From positions 1 to 64,000 of the IMG/VR virus record IMGVR_UViG_3300010392_005355: 64,000 bases of DNA; one strand, given 5' to 3'. Within the stretch, counting starts at the first letter, position 1. The number at the start of each line of letters is the position of its first letter. Source of the stretch: a virus. The notes below the pieces were generated by a model. The model was not told the origin of the DNA, ran no database searches, and saw nothing but the letters and a program-made list of their open reading frames with translations. Below are positions 46,645 to 54,602 of this stretch, piece by piece. Made by a program: the position numbers and the translations under genes.

Positions 46645-47109
46645 ATGTTTGGATTCCTTAAGAAGCACGCGACACTCGCGACGGCATGCGCCGCCCTTGT
46701 GCTGTCTGCTTGCAATACCTTCACGGATCTTCGGCCGATGCCGGACATCTACGAAAACGCATCTGCCCCTGCCGACAAGGCGCTCGTCACGCTGAAGGCC
46801 TTCGGTGCCGCTCAGGATACGGTTCTAACCACCTGTGAGCCCGCTGAAGTCGGCACCGACCTGGCCAAGATGTGTGTTCCGCTCCTGAAAGCAGAGCAGA
46901 CCCTTCGGCCCGGCGTGAATGCTGCCGGCCTGATTGCTGCAGAATATGCAGACGTCGACGCCCGCATTCGCGAGGTTGGCCCGGATGCTCCGGCTGAATG
47001 GCTGGCACTCTCCGCAGAGCTGGCCGGTCGCCTGGCCACCTCCTACGCGCCGATCAAGGCAGAAATCGATGACTTCATCGCCAAAGCAGGAGACCTGACC
47101 AATGGCTAA
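46645..47109 (+). CDS. Lipoprotein, possible spanin component
   Basis: Lipobox LSAC; lysis region. Confidence 0.65.
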   Translation: MFGFLKKHATLATACAALVLSACNTFTDLRPMPDIYENASAPADKALVTLKAFGAAQDTVLTTCEPAEVGTDLAKMCVPLLKAEQTLRPGVNAAGLIAAEYADVDARIREVGPDAPAEWLALSAELAGRLATSYAPIKAEIDDFIAKAGDLTNG

Positions 47110-47416
47110 TCTCACAACAATTCTGGCGACAGCAGAGCGCACCCTCGGCGTGCTCAAGATGCTGGAGCCAATCCTTTCTGACACTCCATATGTCTCTGAT
47201 GTCCTGGGCGTAATTGCCCGCGTCCTCGACGGTGCCCGCACCGGTAAGGTCGCATACGAGACGCTCGTGACGGAGCTGGAAGAACTGAATGTCGAGATGG
47301 AGGCGATCCGCGCGCGCGGTGAAGTCACCGGTGACGACATTCGTGACGAGGTTTCTGCCATCAAGCAGCGCGGCGAGCGTATCGACGCCCTGCTGGCACG
47401 CCTCGACGCCGAATGA
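47102..47416 (+). CDS. Hypothetical helical protein
   Basis: Overlap with upstream gene; AGGAG RBS. Confidence 0.6.
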   Translation: MANLTTILATAERTLGVLKMLEPILSDTPYVSDVLGVIARVLDGARTGKVAYETLVTELEELNVEMEAIRARGEVTGDDIRDEVSAIKQRGERIDALLARLDAE

Positions 47417-47557
47417 CGCCTGACTAATCCGGCGTCGGAGTGTGGCCGGGCAGGGGCTTGGGGGCTTGTTTGCCCGGCCACACTCAACTCTCAACGGAGG
47501 ATGCCATGCTGCATGCGGGACTCATCAGCGGCAATGGCGCTAAAGACGGGGTGTCAT

Positions 47558-47974
47558 ATGCCACCAATCAAATTCGTAGCCTATGGCATCAATCTGGCGA
47601 TTGGGGCCACGGCAGGCGCAGCCGCGCCAACATTTCCCTCGATGGTGGTTGCGGCCGCATGCGCCGGTTCTGCCTCTGCCATCGCATTCAACGCATTCAA
47701 CGGCAAGGACAGGCCGGTAGAGACAATCGTCTGGCGTGTGGTCAAGTCCTTCATCTTCTTTCTGATCGGTGTGGCGTTTGGTCTGTTCATGGGCAACTCA
47801 ATCGCCGGGATGCTGCCGGGTGTGGATCTGATCGGCGGAACCTTTCTAGGCGGCCTGCTTGGCTACGCGCTGACGGCCGTGCTTCTGAGCGGAAAGATAA
47901 GGGAGGCATATTTGGAAGCCATTCTGGCCGTCCTGCGTATTATGTCAAAGGACAAGCCAAATGACGATCACTGA
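47558..47974 (+). CDS. Multi-TM membrane protein, holin candidate
   Basis: 3-4 hydrophobic segments in the lysis region. Confidence 0.6.
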   Translation: MPPIKFVAYGINLAIGATAGAAAPTFPSMVVAAACAGSASAIAFNAFNGKDRPVETIVWRVVKSFIFFLIGVAFGLFMGNSIAGMLPGVDLIGGTFLGGLLGYALTAVLLSGKIREAYLEAILAVLRIMSKDKPNDDH

Positions 47975-48383
47975 TCTGATTAACGCCCATGAGAGCCCGC
48001 TCGTGATGGTCGCCTGCTTTGTTCAGGTGATCTTCGCGTTCTCAATCCTGTTTGCAACGGCAGAGCAGCCCGCCATGACGCCGCACATGCCATGGGTGGG
48101 CCGGGGGCATGTGAGGATTCCGCTGCGCCGTATGCTGCGCTTTGTCCTGTGCCTCGGCTGGGTTGGCGTCATTTTCGGCGCGATGCTGTCCGGCATCGGA
48201 ATTCTTTCCGATCTGTCGCACTGGTCCGGCCCGGTCATCAGCCAGGCTCAAAACGATTTCGGGGTGATGGTCTCGCGTATATCCGGCGCGATCATCCTGC
48301 CCCATGTGAGCTACATTGTCTGGAAGCTCGCAACTGTCTGGGTGAGCTGTGGATTTCACATCCACGGCCCTCACCGGAAGTAA
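47961..48383 (+). CDS. Membrane protein (antiholin/holin partner?)
   Basis: Three hydrophobic segments. Confidence 0.55.
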   Translation: MTITDLINAHESPLVMVACFVQVIFAFSILFATAEQPAMTPHMPWVGRGHVRIPLRRMLRFVLCLGWVGVIFGAMLSGIGILSDLSHWSGPVISQAQNDFGVMVSRISGAIILPHVSYIVWKLATVWVSCGFHIHGPHRK

Positions 48384-48448
48384 CCGCGTAGAGTTCGTTA
48401 CCCCCACAATTTGACCCCCAAACTCAGGCCTGCAAAGGAGACTATCCC

Positions 48449-48871
48449 ATGCCTGTTACTCACTATCCCGTTCCAGATCAGGAATCCGCTAAGCGCCAAC
48501 TTACAATTGCTGAAGCGATCTATCAGCTTCGCGCAGAGCGTGAGCAGCACGCCAATCGCATTGACGAGATCGACGCGGAAGAACCGGCCCTGATCAAGGA
48601 GTACCTCGAACTGCAAGCTGCCCAGACATACGCCCTGATCGGCAAGGTTATTGAGCTGGAAGACCCCAAGCCCGAACCGGAGCCGGAGATTGACCCGGTC
48701 GAAGACCCGGCCCCTGACACGCCAGCTGAAGGCAGCGAAACACCAGAGGCCGAAGCAGAGGGAACGTCTGAAGCTGAGGTCACAGACGGCGAAGAAGCCG
48801 CAGAAACGCCCACTGATGGCGAAAGCGGCGATCCGGCACCAGAACAGCCGGAGACTGCAGAAACGGCCTGA
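48449..48871 (+). CDS. Protein with acidic Pro/Glu-rich tail
   Basis: AAGGAG RBS. Confidence 0.6.
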   Translation: MPVTHYPVPDQESAKRQLTIAEAIYQLRAEREQHANRIDEIDAEEPALIKEYLELQAAQTYALIGKVIELEDPKPEPEPEIDPVEDPAPDTPAEGSETPEAEAEGTSEAEVTDGEEAAETPTDGESGDPAPEQPETAETA

Positions 48872-48902
48872 CGCGCCACGACATCGCGATTATTCGCTAT
48901 TT

Positions 48903-48987
48903 GCTCCCCCCTGGCCGTGTGGCTGGGGGGGAGTTTTTGCGTTTCTGAGCACAAAAAAAGCCCCCGCGTCCGGAGACAACGGGGGCA
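48903..48987. terminator. Convergent terminator pair
   Basis: CTCCCCCC...GGGGGGAG-TTTTT (+) and AAAAAAA-GCCCCCG...CGGGGGC (-). Confidence 0.7.
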
Positions 48988-48990
48988 AGT

Positions 48991-49806
48991 TTACGCCGCA
49001 GCGCGGCTATCCATCCACTTCACGAAGTCAAATACCTCGCTTTCGAACTCGTCCATGGTTTGCTCAAGCTGGTCGAGTTCTTCCTCGGCGCTCATCTTTT
49101 TGCCAACCATGAGCGGCAGTCCGATGGCCGAGGCGGCCATAGAGAGCGAAGAAAGCAGGAAGGCGATAAGCCATGCAAATCCTTCTGCGTGCTCTCCGGG
49201 GGCTTCAGGGCGGCCCTGTGAGGTGGTCTTTACTGCCTCGGACTCCTGATCTCCCAAATCCTTCAGTGTGGCGACAAGCGCCGCTCCAAAGTCATTCATG
49301 GCCTGTTCTGTTTTTCCGCCTGCTATCCCGTCCAGTTTGCCGAGATAGAGCCCTTTGCCCTTCAAGAGGCGCTGGGCCTTCAGGATATCATCGCCGGTGA
49401 CTATGGCGAGTTCTTCCTTGGCGGTTGCGATACGCTGCCGAATGACTGGCAGGGCATCGGTAGCAGAGTCGTACGCGGCCTGGCTCTCAATGGCGGCGTC
49501 CCGGTTCGCCTTGATCTCTCCGACCGTGGCGAGTGAGTTGCCGTAGACGTCGCCCGCGTAACAGACCACCGCCATGACGGCGGCAATGATCGCAACGTCT
49601 TTCATTCCGATCCTGCTGGCAACGCCGATAGCGCCTGCGCAGAGGAAGGCGAGACCGGCAATGCCGATCCCGATAAGTCCGGCCCCAGAGAGGCCGTCGA
49701 ACGCGCGTTCATATCCCTGATAGGACATGCTCGCTGAGTTCAGGAGCACGAGACAACCGCAAGCGGTGATCGCGGCTCCGATGATGATACGGATAAAGCC
49801 GTTCAT
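48991..49806 (-). CDS. Membrane protein with periplasmic coiled coil and peptidoglycan-binding (PG_binding_1-like) domain
   Basis: 3 N-term TM + 1 C-term TM; AQRLLKGKGLYLGKLDGIAGGKTEQAM. Confidence 0.75.
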   Translation of the reverse strand: MNGFIRIIIGAAITACGCLVLLNSASMSYQGYERAFDGLSGAGLIGIGIAGLAFLCAGAIGVASRIGMKDVAIIAAVMAVVCYAGDVYGNSLATVGEIKANRDAAIESQAAYDSATDALPVIRQRIATAKEELAIVTGDDILKAQRLLKGKGLYLGKLDGIAGGKTEQAMNDFGAALVATLKDLGDQESEAVKTTSQGRPEAPGEHAEGFAWLIAFLLSSLSMAASAIGLPLMVGKKMSAEEELDQLEQTMDEFESEVFDFVKWMDSRAAA

Positions 49807-49882
49807 TTCGTCGCTCCTTTCGTATGCTGACGGGGAAGCCCACCCTCAGAAAGAATGGGCTCTGCCGGTCAGCACCGGCTGG

Positions 49883-50074
49883 CTAGTTTGCTGCATTTGC
49901 CGACTCTGGCTGCGTAGTGATCAGCGACAGGTCTTCATTGAAGGTCTCGATCTCTTCGGCGCGACGGTCGAAGTAATCGGCTGTCAGTTGATCCGTGACC
50001 TGGATCGCTGCCCGAATGCGGGCGAAGCGGGCTTTGAGGTCAGCAGCGCGTTGAGCCTTGTTTGCTTTAGCCAT
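49883..50074 (-). CDS. Small hypothetical protein
   Basis: AGGAGA RBS before MAKANK. Confidence 0.6.
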   Translation of the reverse strand: MAKANKAQRAADLKARFARIRAAIQVTDQLTADYFDRRAEEIETFNEDLSLITTQPESANAAN

Positions 50075-50159
50075 GGTATTCTCCTGATTGTCAAAGAACT
50101 CCGGGAGGGTTCCCGGCACCCCAAAACCCGGCCTGATTTCTCAGGTCCGGGCGGTTGGT

Positions 50160-50270
50160 CTATTTTCTGCGCTTCGTTCGCAGTTGTATTTCGTACATTA
50201 TTGAGCTGAAGATTGACCCAGCCACTGAGCCGATGATCAGCCCGCAAATCACGCCAAGTTCGTAGTCCAT
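50160..50270 (-). CDS. 36-aa single-TM protein (not in ORF track)
   Basis: AAGGAG RBS; MDYELGVICGLIIGSVAGSIFSSIMYEIQLRTKRRK. Confidence 0.55.
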   Translation of the reverse strand: MDYELGVICGLIIGSVAGSIFSSIMYEIQLRTKRRK

Positions 50271-50349
50271 TTGAATTCTCCTTTTTGGCACCCCAAAACC
50301 CCACCGCCATGACGCGAAGTGGGGCTGGTTGGGCGAGGGCCTTGGCCCT

Positions 50350-50436
50350 CTATTTCCCGGTTCTGAAGCACTTGCGGCCGAAGTATCTGGGCTTCTCTTC
50401 GGTGGGCTCTTGGGTCGGCGTTTGGTCTTCGTTCAT
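50350..50436 (-). CDS. 28-aa peptide (not in ORF track)
   Basis: AAAGGAG RBS; MNEDQTPTQEPTEEKPRYFGRKCFRTGK. Confidence 0.45.
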   Translation of the reverse strand: MNEDQTPTQEPTEEKPRYFGRKCFRTGK

Positions 50437-50459
50437 CGGGGTCTCCTTTGCTTCCGATA

Positions 50460-50513
50460 CGTGTGATATACGTGTTACCTACGGCATTGTCAACGTGTTA
50501 TTTGCGTGTTACC
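50460..50513. promoter_or_regulatory. Divergent promoter region with CGTGTTA direct repeats
   Basis: Minus-strand TTGACA-17-TATATC; CGTGTTA at 50471, 50494, 50505, CGTGTGA at 50460. Confidence 0.65.
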
Positions 50514-50539
50514 GAGAAAAAAGATGCAGAGGAGCCCGC

Positions 50540-50794
50540 ATGGCGAAGAAATCGCGATCACAGGTAACAGCTGAGTATGAGGCCAGGGTCTCAGAGAAGG
50601 GGGGCGGGCGCTTCCCGACTATGACCTTGCAGCCGGACGAAATGGCGGCGTGGGAACGCGCTATGGCGCAGGATACCGGGCCGGATCGTGGCAAGGCGAA
50701 GCGAACGTTGATGCGCGCATTGGCGGCGCTTGAGCAGCGCAATGAGCCATCGAACGCCGAAATCATCGAGATGTTGAAGGCGCGCCTGAAATGA
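50540..50794 (+). CDS. Small putative DNA-binding (RHH-like) regulator
   Basis: AGGAG RBS; strand-helix-helix pattern; divergent from the repeat-laden promoter. Confidence 0.5.
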   Translation: MAKKSRSQVTAEYEARVSEKGGGRFPTMTLQPDEMAAWERAMAQDTGPDRGKAKRTLMRALAALEQRNEPSNAEIIEMLKARLK

Positions 50795-50830
50795 CGCGCA
50801 AACTGTAGTAACTATCGAAGGAGTAGCCGG

Positions 50831-51130
50831 ATGAAAGAGTCGTCAAAATGTCTCCACATGGCAGTCCTGACTTCGCCAGAGACGGCTGCGCGAATGGCCG
50901 AAGCCGAGCGAATCAATAGGTATATGGCCACCGACGATTTCAGCGATGAGGAGGTGGCACGAGTCGATGATCTCGCTCTAACAACGCGCTTGAGCCGCCT
51001 TGAGGCGTACTATCGTGTGCGGGCGGAGCGCCACATGACGCCTGCGCAAGTTCAGGCTTTCGATGAGTTGACCCGGAAGACGGGGATGAGGCTTGACGAT
51101 TTTCTAGAGGTTACGGGCGGCAAACTGTAA
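50831..51130 (+). CDS. Hypothetical protein
   Basis: AAGGAG RBS. Confidence 0.5.
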   Translation: MKESSKCLHMAVLTSPETAARMAEAERINRYMATDDFSDEEVARVDDLALTTRLSRLEAYYRVRAERHMTPAQVQAFDELTRKTGMRLDDFLEVTGGKL

Positions 51131-51205
51131 TCAGGGCGAGCGATCCGTCCCCGCGAGTGAGGATGTGATCACGTATGGCGCGGGGGAGAACGTCCCGGCA
51201 ACGTC

Positions 51206-51229
51206 TTGGAAAAACAGTTGGAAAAACAG
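51206..51229 (+). repeat. Tandem 12-bp direct repeat, possible integrase arm-type sites
   Basis: TTGGAAAAACAG x2, about 60 bp from the tRNA. Confidence 0.55.
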
Positions 51230-51286
51230 CACCGCAAAAACGGGGTTGCGATTGGGGCGGATCACCAGTAGTTACTGCACTTCGGC

Positions 51287-51360
51287 GCGGGTATAGCACA
51301 ATGGTAGTGCAGCAGCCTTCCAAGCTGAGTATGTCGGTTCGATTCCGTCTACCCGCTCCA
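51287..51360 (+). tRNA. tRNA-Gly (TCC)
   Basis: GCGGGTA/TACCCGC acceptor, CTTCCAA anticodon loop, TTCGATT T-loop, TCCA end. Confidence 0.97.
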
Positions 51361-51578
51361 AGCCTTTCTCTCTCACATCGATAAGTTTTTCCGCAGGACC
51401 ATCAGCAGGGCCTCGATCAGGCCGATGGCGATTCGAGCCCTCGCCTCACCCTCAAGCACGCCGCCCTGCCGGGCGGTTTTTGGGGTGAAGAAAGTGTGAA
51501 TGAAAGGTTTTGGAGTGACTTTGAATTATTGGTCCATTTAGGAGTAAAATTAATTCCGCTTCCCGTAAGATAGACGTC

Positions 51579-53402
51579 ATGCGTTTATCGACCATCACCA
51601 ATGTCGCCTATGTCACCACGGTAGCGCTTTCCATGATTGCGGGCGCCGCCATGCTGATGGCCTCCAATTCCATGCGAGCCGAGCGCGCCGCCGTGCAGCA
51701 GCGCCATGTGCTGGACAAGGCCACGTCAGGGCTGGACCGCGAGATATTCTACCAGTCTGAAAAGGCCCGGGAATATGTCATCTCCGGCAATTCGGAATAT
51801 CTGGAAGACTTCAAGGCAGGCGTCGTCAATCTGAATGACACGCAGGCCATGCTGAGCCGTGTCACAGATGCGGGGGCGAGCCAGGAAGAATTGTCCACTT
51901 TGGTGACGGCAGTCGACATGGCGAAGACGCTGGTCAACGACCAGCAGCGCGCCATTGAGGCCTTTCAGGCCGGTGACATTGAAACGGCACGCAAGATGCT
52001 GTTTAGCGACCATTATGAAGGCGAACTGGGCCTGATCGATTCCACCATTCTGCGCTTTCAGAGCCTGCTGGACCAGCGCACACAGGCGGAGGTGGAGGAG
52101 TCCATCCGCCGCTCGCACTTCTGGCGGGTGCTGTCTGAAGTGGTTCTGGCCGTAACGGCCCTGATGTTCCTGTGTGTTCTGTATTTCATCCTGAAGCGCC
52201 GTATCCTGCGCCCGGTGGTCAAGCTGAGCGATGTGGTCACCCGTCTGGCGGCGGAGGATTACACCGTCGAGATGAGTGAATTCCACCAGATGGACGAGAT
52301 CGGCGACATGGCCGAGGCGGTGAAGGTCTTCCGCGAAAACGGCCTGGAGCGCCTGCGCCTTGAGAAGAAGCTGGAACGGGATCTGAAGCTGCGCAATCTG
52401 CTGAGCCGCATGACGCACCGGATGCAGGCGTGTGAGAGCAAGCAGGAGGTGGCCAATGTTGTGCGCCTGTTCCTGCCGGTTATCCTGCCGGGCTATGCGG
52501 GCAGGATGTACCTGTTTGACGAGAGCGATACCGTCATGCGCCAGGTTTGCGACTGGCTTGAGCCGGTCGGCTCGGCAGCGACATTCGCTCCCGGTGACTG
52601 CTGGGCGATCCGGCGAGGCGCGCCGCATCGTCAGGGCGGGGATCAAACCGACATGCCCTGCCAGCATATGTTCTCGCCGGGCCATGTGGAGGGCGAACTG
52701 GAAAACAATGTCGCCACACTCTGTGTTCCGCTGACAGCGCAGCGCGAGGTGATCGGCCTGTTGTATTGCGAGATCCCGGAAGGCCTGATCAGCATCGAGG
52801 AAGAGCACTATGTGTTCATGATGGCAGAGAATATCTCCCTGTCGCTGGCCAACATGCATCTGCGTGAGGAGCTGCAAGAGCAGGCCATGGAAGACGCCCT
52901 GACGGGCCTGTCCAATCGCCGCAAGATGGAGCAGCGCCTCGGCACATTATTGTATGATGCGCGCGAAACCGGCCAGCCGGTCAGCTGTATCATGCTGGAT
53001 GTGGATAATTTCAAATCCTTCAACGACACATATGGCCACGAAATGGGCGACCGTGTGCTGAAGGAAGTGGCCAATGTGCTGACATCCCATACGCGGGAAG
53101 ACGGCCTGGCTTTCCGCTATGGCGGGGAGGAGTTTGTCATCCTGCTGCCAGGCGTCGAGCCGGGCGATGCGGTGCGCCGGGCCGAGAGCATGCGCAAGGC
53201 TATTGCTGCGCTGCACTTCAATTTCAACGACACGCCTGTCGACAAGGTCACCGCCTCTTTCGGGGTCGCAACTTCGCCTAATCACTGTTCTGGCAACAGG
53301 CTGATCATGACGGCGGATGCGGCGCTGTACGAGTCCAAGGAACAGGGCCGTAACCGCGTTACCAAGGCCCTGCTCAGCGCGAATGAGGGCATGGTGGCGT
53401 AA
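51579..53402 (+). CDS. Membrane sensor diguanylate cyclase (periplasmic sensor-HAMP-GAF-GGDEF)
   Basis: 2 TM, DEIGDMAEAV HAMP, DALTGLSNRR, FRYGGEEF. Confidence 0.95.
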   Translation: MRLSTITNVAYVTTVALSMIAGAAMLMASNSMRAERAAVQQRHVLDKATSGLDREIFYQSEKAREYVISGNSEYLEDFKAGVVNLNDTQAMLSRVTDAGASQEELSTLVTAVDMAKTLVNDQQRAIEAFQAGDIETARKMLFSDHYEGELGLIDSTILRFQSLLDQRTQAEVEESIRRSHFWRVLSEVVLAVTALMFLCVLYFILKRRILRPVVKLSDVVTRLAAEDYTVEMSEFHQMDEIGDMAEAVKVFRENGLERLRLEKKLERDLKLRNLLSRMTHRMQACESKQEVANVVRLFLPVILPGYAGRMYLFDESDTVMRQVCDWLEPVGSAATFAPGDCWAIRRGAPHRQGGDQTDMPCQHMFSPGHVEGELENNVATLCVPLTAQREVIGLLYCEIPEGLISIEEEHYVFMMAENISLSLANMHLREELQEQAMEDALTGLSNRRKMEQRLGTLLYDARETGQPVSCIMLDVDNFKSFNDTYGHEMGDRVLKEVANVLTSHTREDGLAFRYGGEEFVILLPGVEPGDAVRRAESMRKAIAALHFNFNDTPVDKVTASFGVATSPNHCSGNRLIMTADAALYESKEQGRNRVTKALLSANEGMVA

Positions 53403-53417
53403 CAGCCCGCCAGACAT

Positions 53418-53451
53418 GAAAACGCCCCCCGAATTCGTCGGAGGGCGCTTT
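53418..53451. terminator. Bidirectional terminator
   Basis: AAAA-CGCCCCCCGA...TCGGAGGGCG-CTTT between convergent genes. Confidence 0.6.
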
Positions 53452-53479
53452 CTGCAAGACTGCGATATCTGAAAGCCGT

Positions 53480-54511
53480 TTACGGACGGTCGTTCAGGCG
53501 CGCGGCGGCTTCGATGTCGACCCAGTCGATAATCTTGAAGTTCTGGTCGACTTCCGATTCCGGATTGGCGTCATCCTGAACGATCATCACGCCTTTCGGG
53601 AAACCGGGCAGAGGCGTGGAATTGACGTCCAGGCCATCGGTATGGGTCACGCCGTCCACGCTGCCATCCGGGCTGGCAACGATGGTGATGACGCCGACTC
53701 GGGCATGCGGAGGTTCCAGATCATAGATGACATAGCGGTCAGCGGCCTGGGCGGAGGCGACGAGATAGCCATAGCCTTCCTCACCCTTCCAGATGCTGAT
53801 GCCTTCGACATCCGCGACAAGACCCTGACGGGCGGCGATCGTATCTACGGAGAGGGCGATGCTCTCATCATTGACGAGATCCAGCTTCCAGATGCCGTGC
53901 TCTTCCTCGCCGACAAAGACCTGGCGGCCATCATCTTCCACGACGCAGCCTTCCAGCTGGCTGTCGAATTTGTAGGTGCGGACCAGCTCTGCATTCAGGC
54001 CTTTGGCTTCGGCATAGGGCAGGGACCAGATCTGGATCGTGCCGTCCTTGTAGGTCGGCATGGCCAGGAAATTGCCATCGATCAGGCCGGCGCAGATGCC
54101 GTAGGGCTCATCCTTCAGGGTGGGCGTGTCACCGATATGCGTTACGGTCTGCGTCGCCGGATCGATGGAGAACCAGCTGACGGACTTCGTTTCGTCATTG
54201 GAGGCAATAGCAATATTGCCGCGCACATCCACATTGTTGATGCGGCCGGTATCGACGAATTGCGTCTTCTTGCCGGTCAGATCGTAGACATAGAGGCCTT
54301 CATCCTTGTTGGTGCCGAGGATCAGGCTTTTGGAGGCGTCCAGCGGATTGACCCACAGGGCCGGATCATCGGCGGTGTCGCCCCGGGTCGGCATCGGGTC
54401 TGTTTCGAAGGCGGCATAGACGTTTGCCGTCTCGACTTCGTAGATGTCCTGCGCTGGCTCGGTCGCACATGCGGCGACCAGCAGGGCGGCGAGGGGAAGA
54501 TAGCGTTTCAT
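53480..54511 (-). CDS. Beta-propeller phytase (lipoprotein)
   Basis: VAAC lipobox; ADDPALW, YGIC, LEGCV, DVEG, TDGLD, QNFK. Confidence 0.93.
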   Translation of the reverse strand: MKRYLPLAALLVAACATEPAQDIYEVETANVYAAFETDPMPTRGDTADDPALWVNPLDASKSLILGTNKDEGLYVYDLTGKKTQFVDTGRINNVDVRGNIAIASNDETKSVSWFSIDPATQTVTHIGDTPTLKDEPYGICAGLIDGNFLAMPTYKDGTIQIWSLPYAEAKGLNAELVRTYKFDSQLEGCVVEDDGRQVFVGEEEHGIWKLDLVNDESIALSVDTIAARQGLVADVEGISIWKGEEGYGYLVASAQAADRYVIYDLEPPHARVGVITIVASPDGSVDGVTHTDGLDVNSTPLPGFPKGVMIVQDDANPESEVDQNFKIIDWVDIEAAARLNDRP

Positions 54512-54602
54512 GACGTGTCAGCTCCTTGAGGAGGGGAAAAGGAAGAGGCCGGGCAAGGGTGTGTCCTGCCCGGCCTCAGAGATCAAGCTCTATCCGAGCG
54601 AA

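Larger units (their letters stand above)
1..51290. mobile_element. Temperate prophage (siphovirus-like, lambdoid organisation); left end outside window
   Basis: Contiguous early, immunity, replication, head, tail and lysis modules ending at tRNA-Gly, with a tandem 12-bp repeat near the junction. Confidence 0.95.

Noticed and set aside
50116-50301. CRISPR-like repeats
   Set aside because: Only two 15-bp copies, 171 bp apart, with ORFs between and no cas genes
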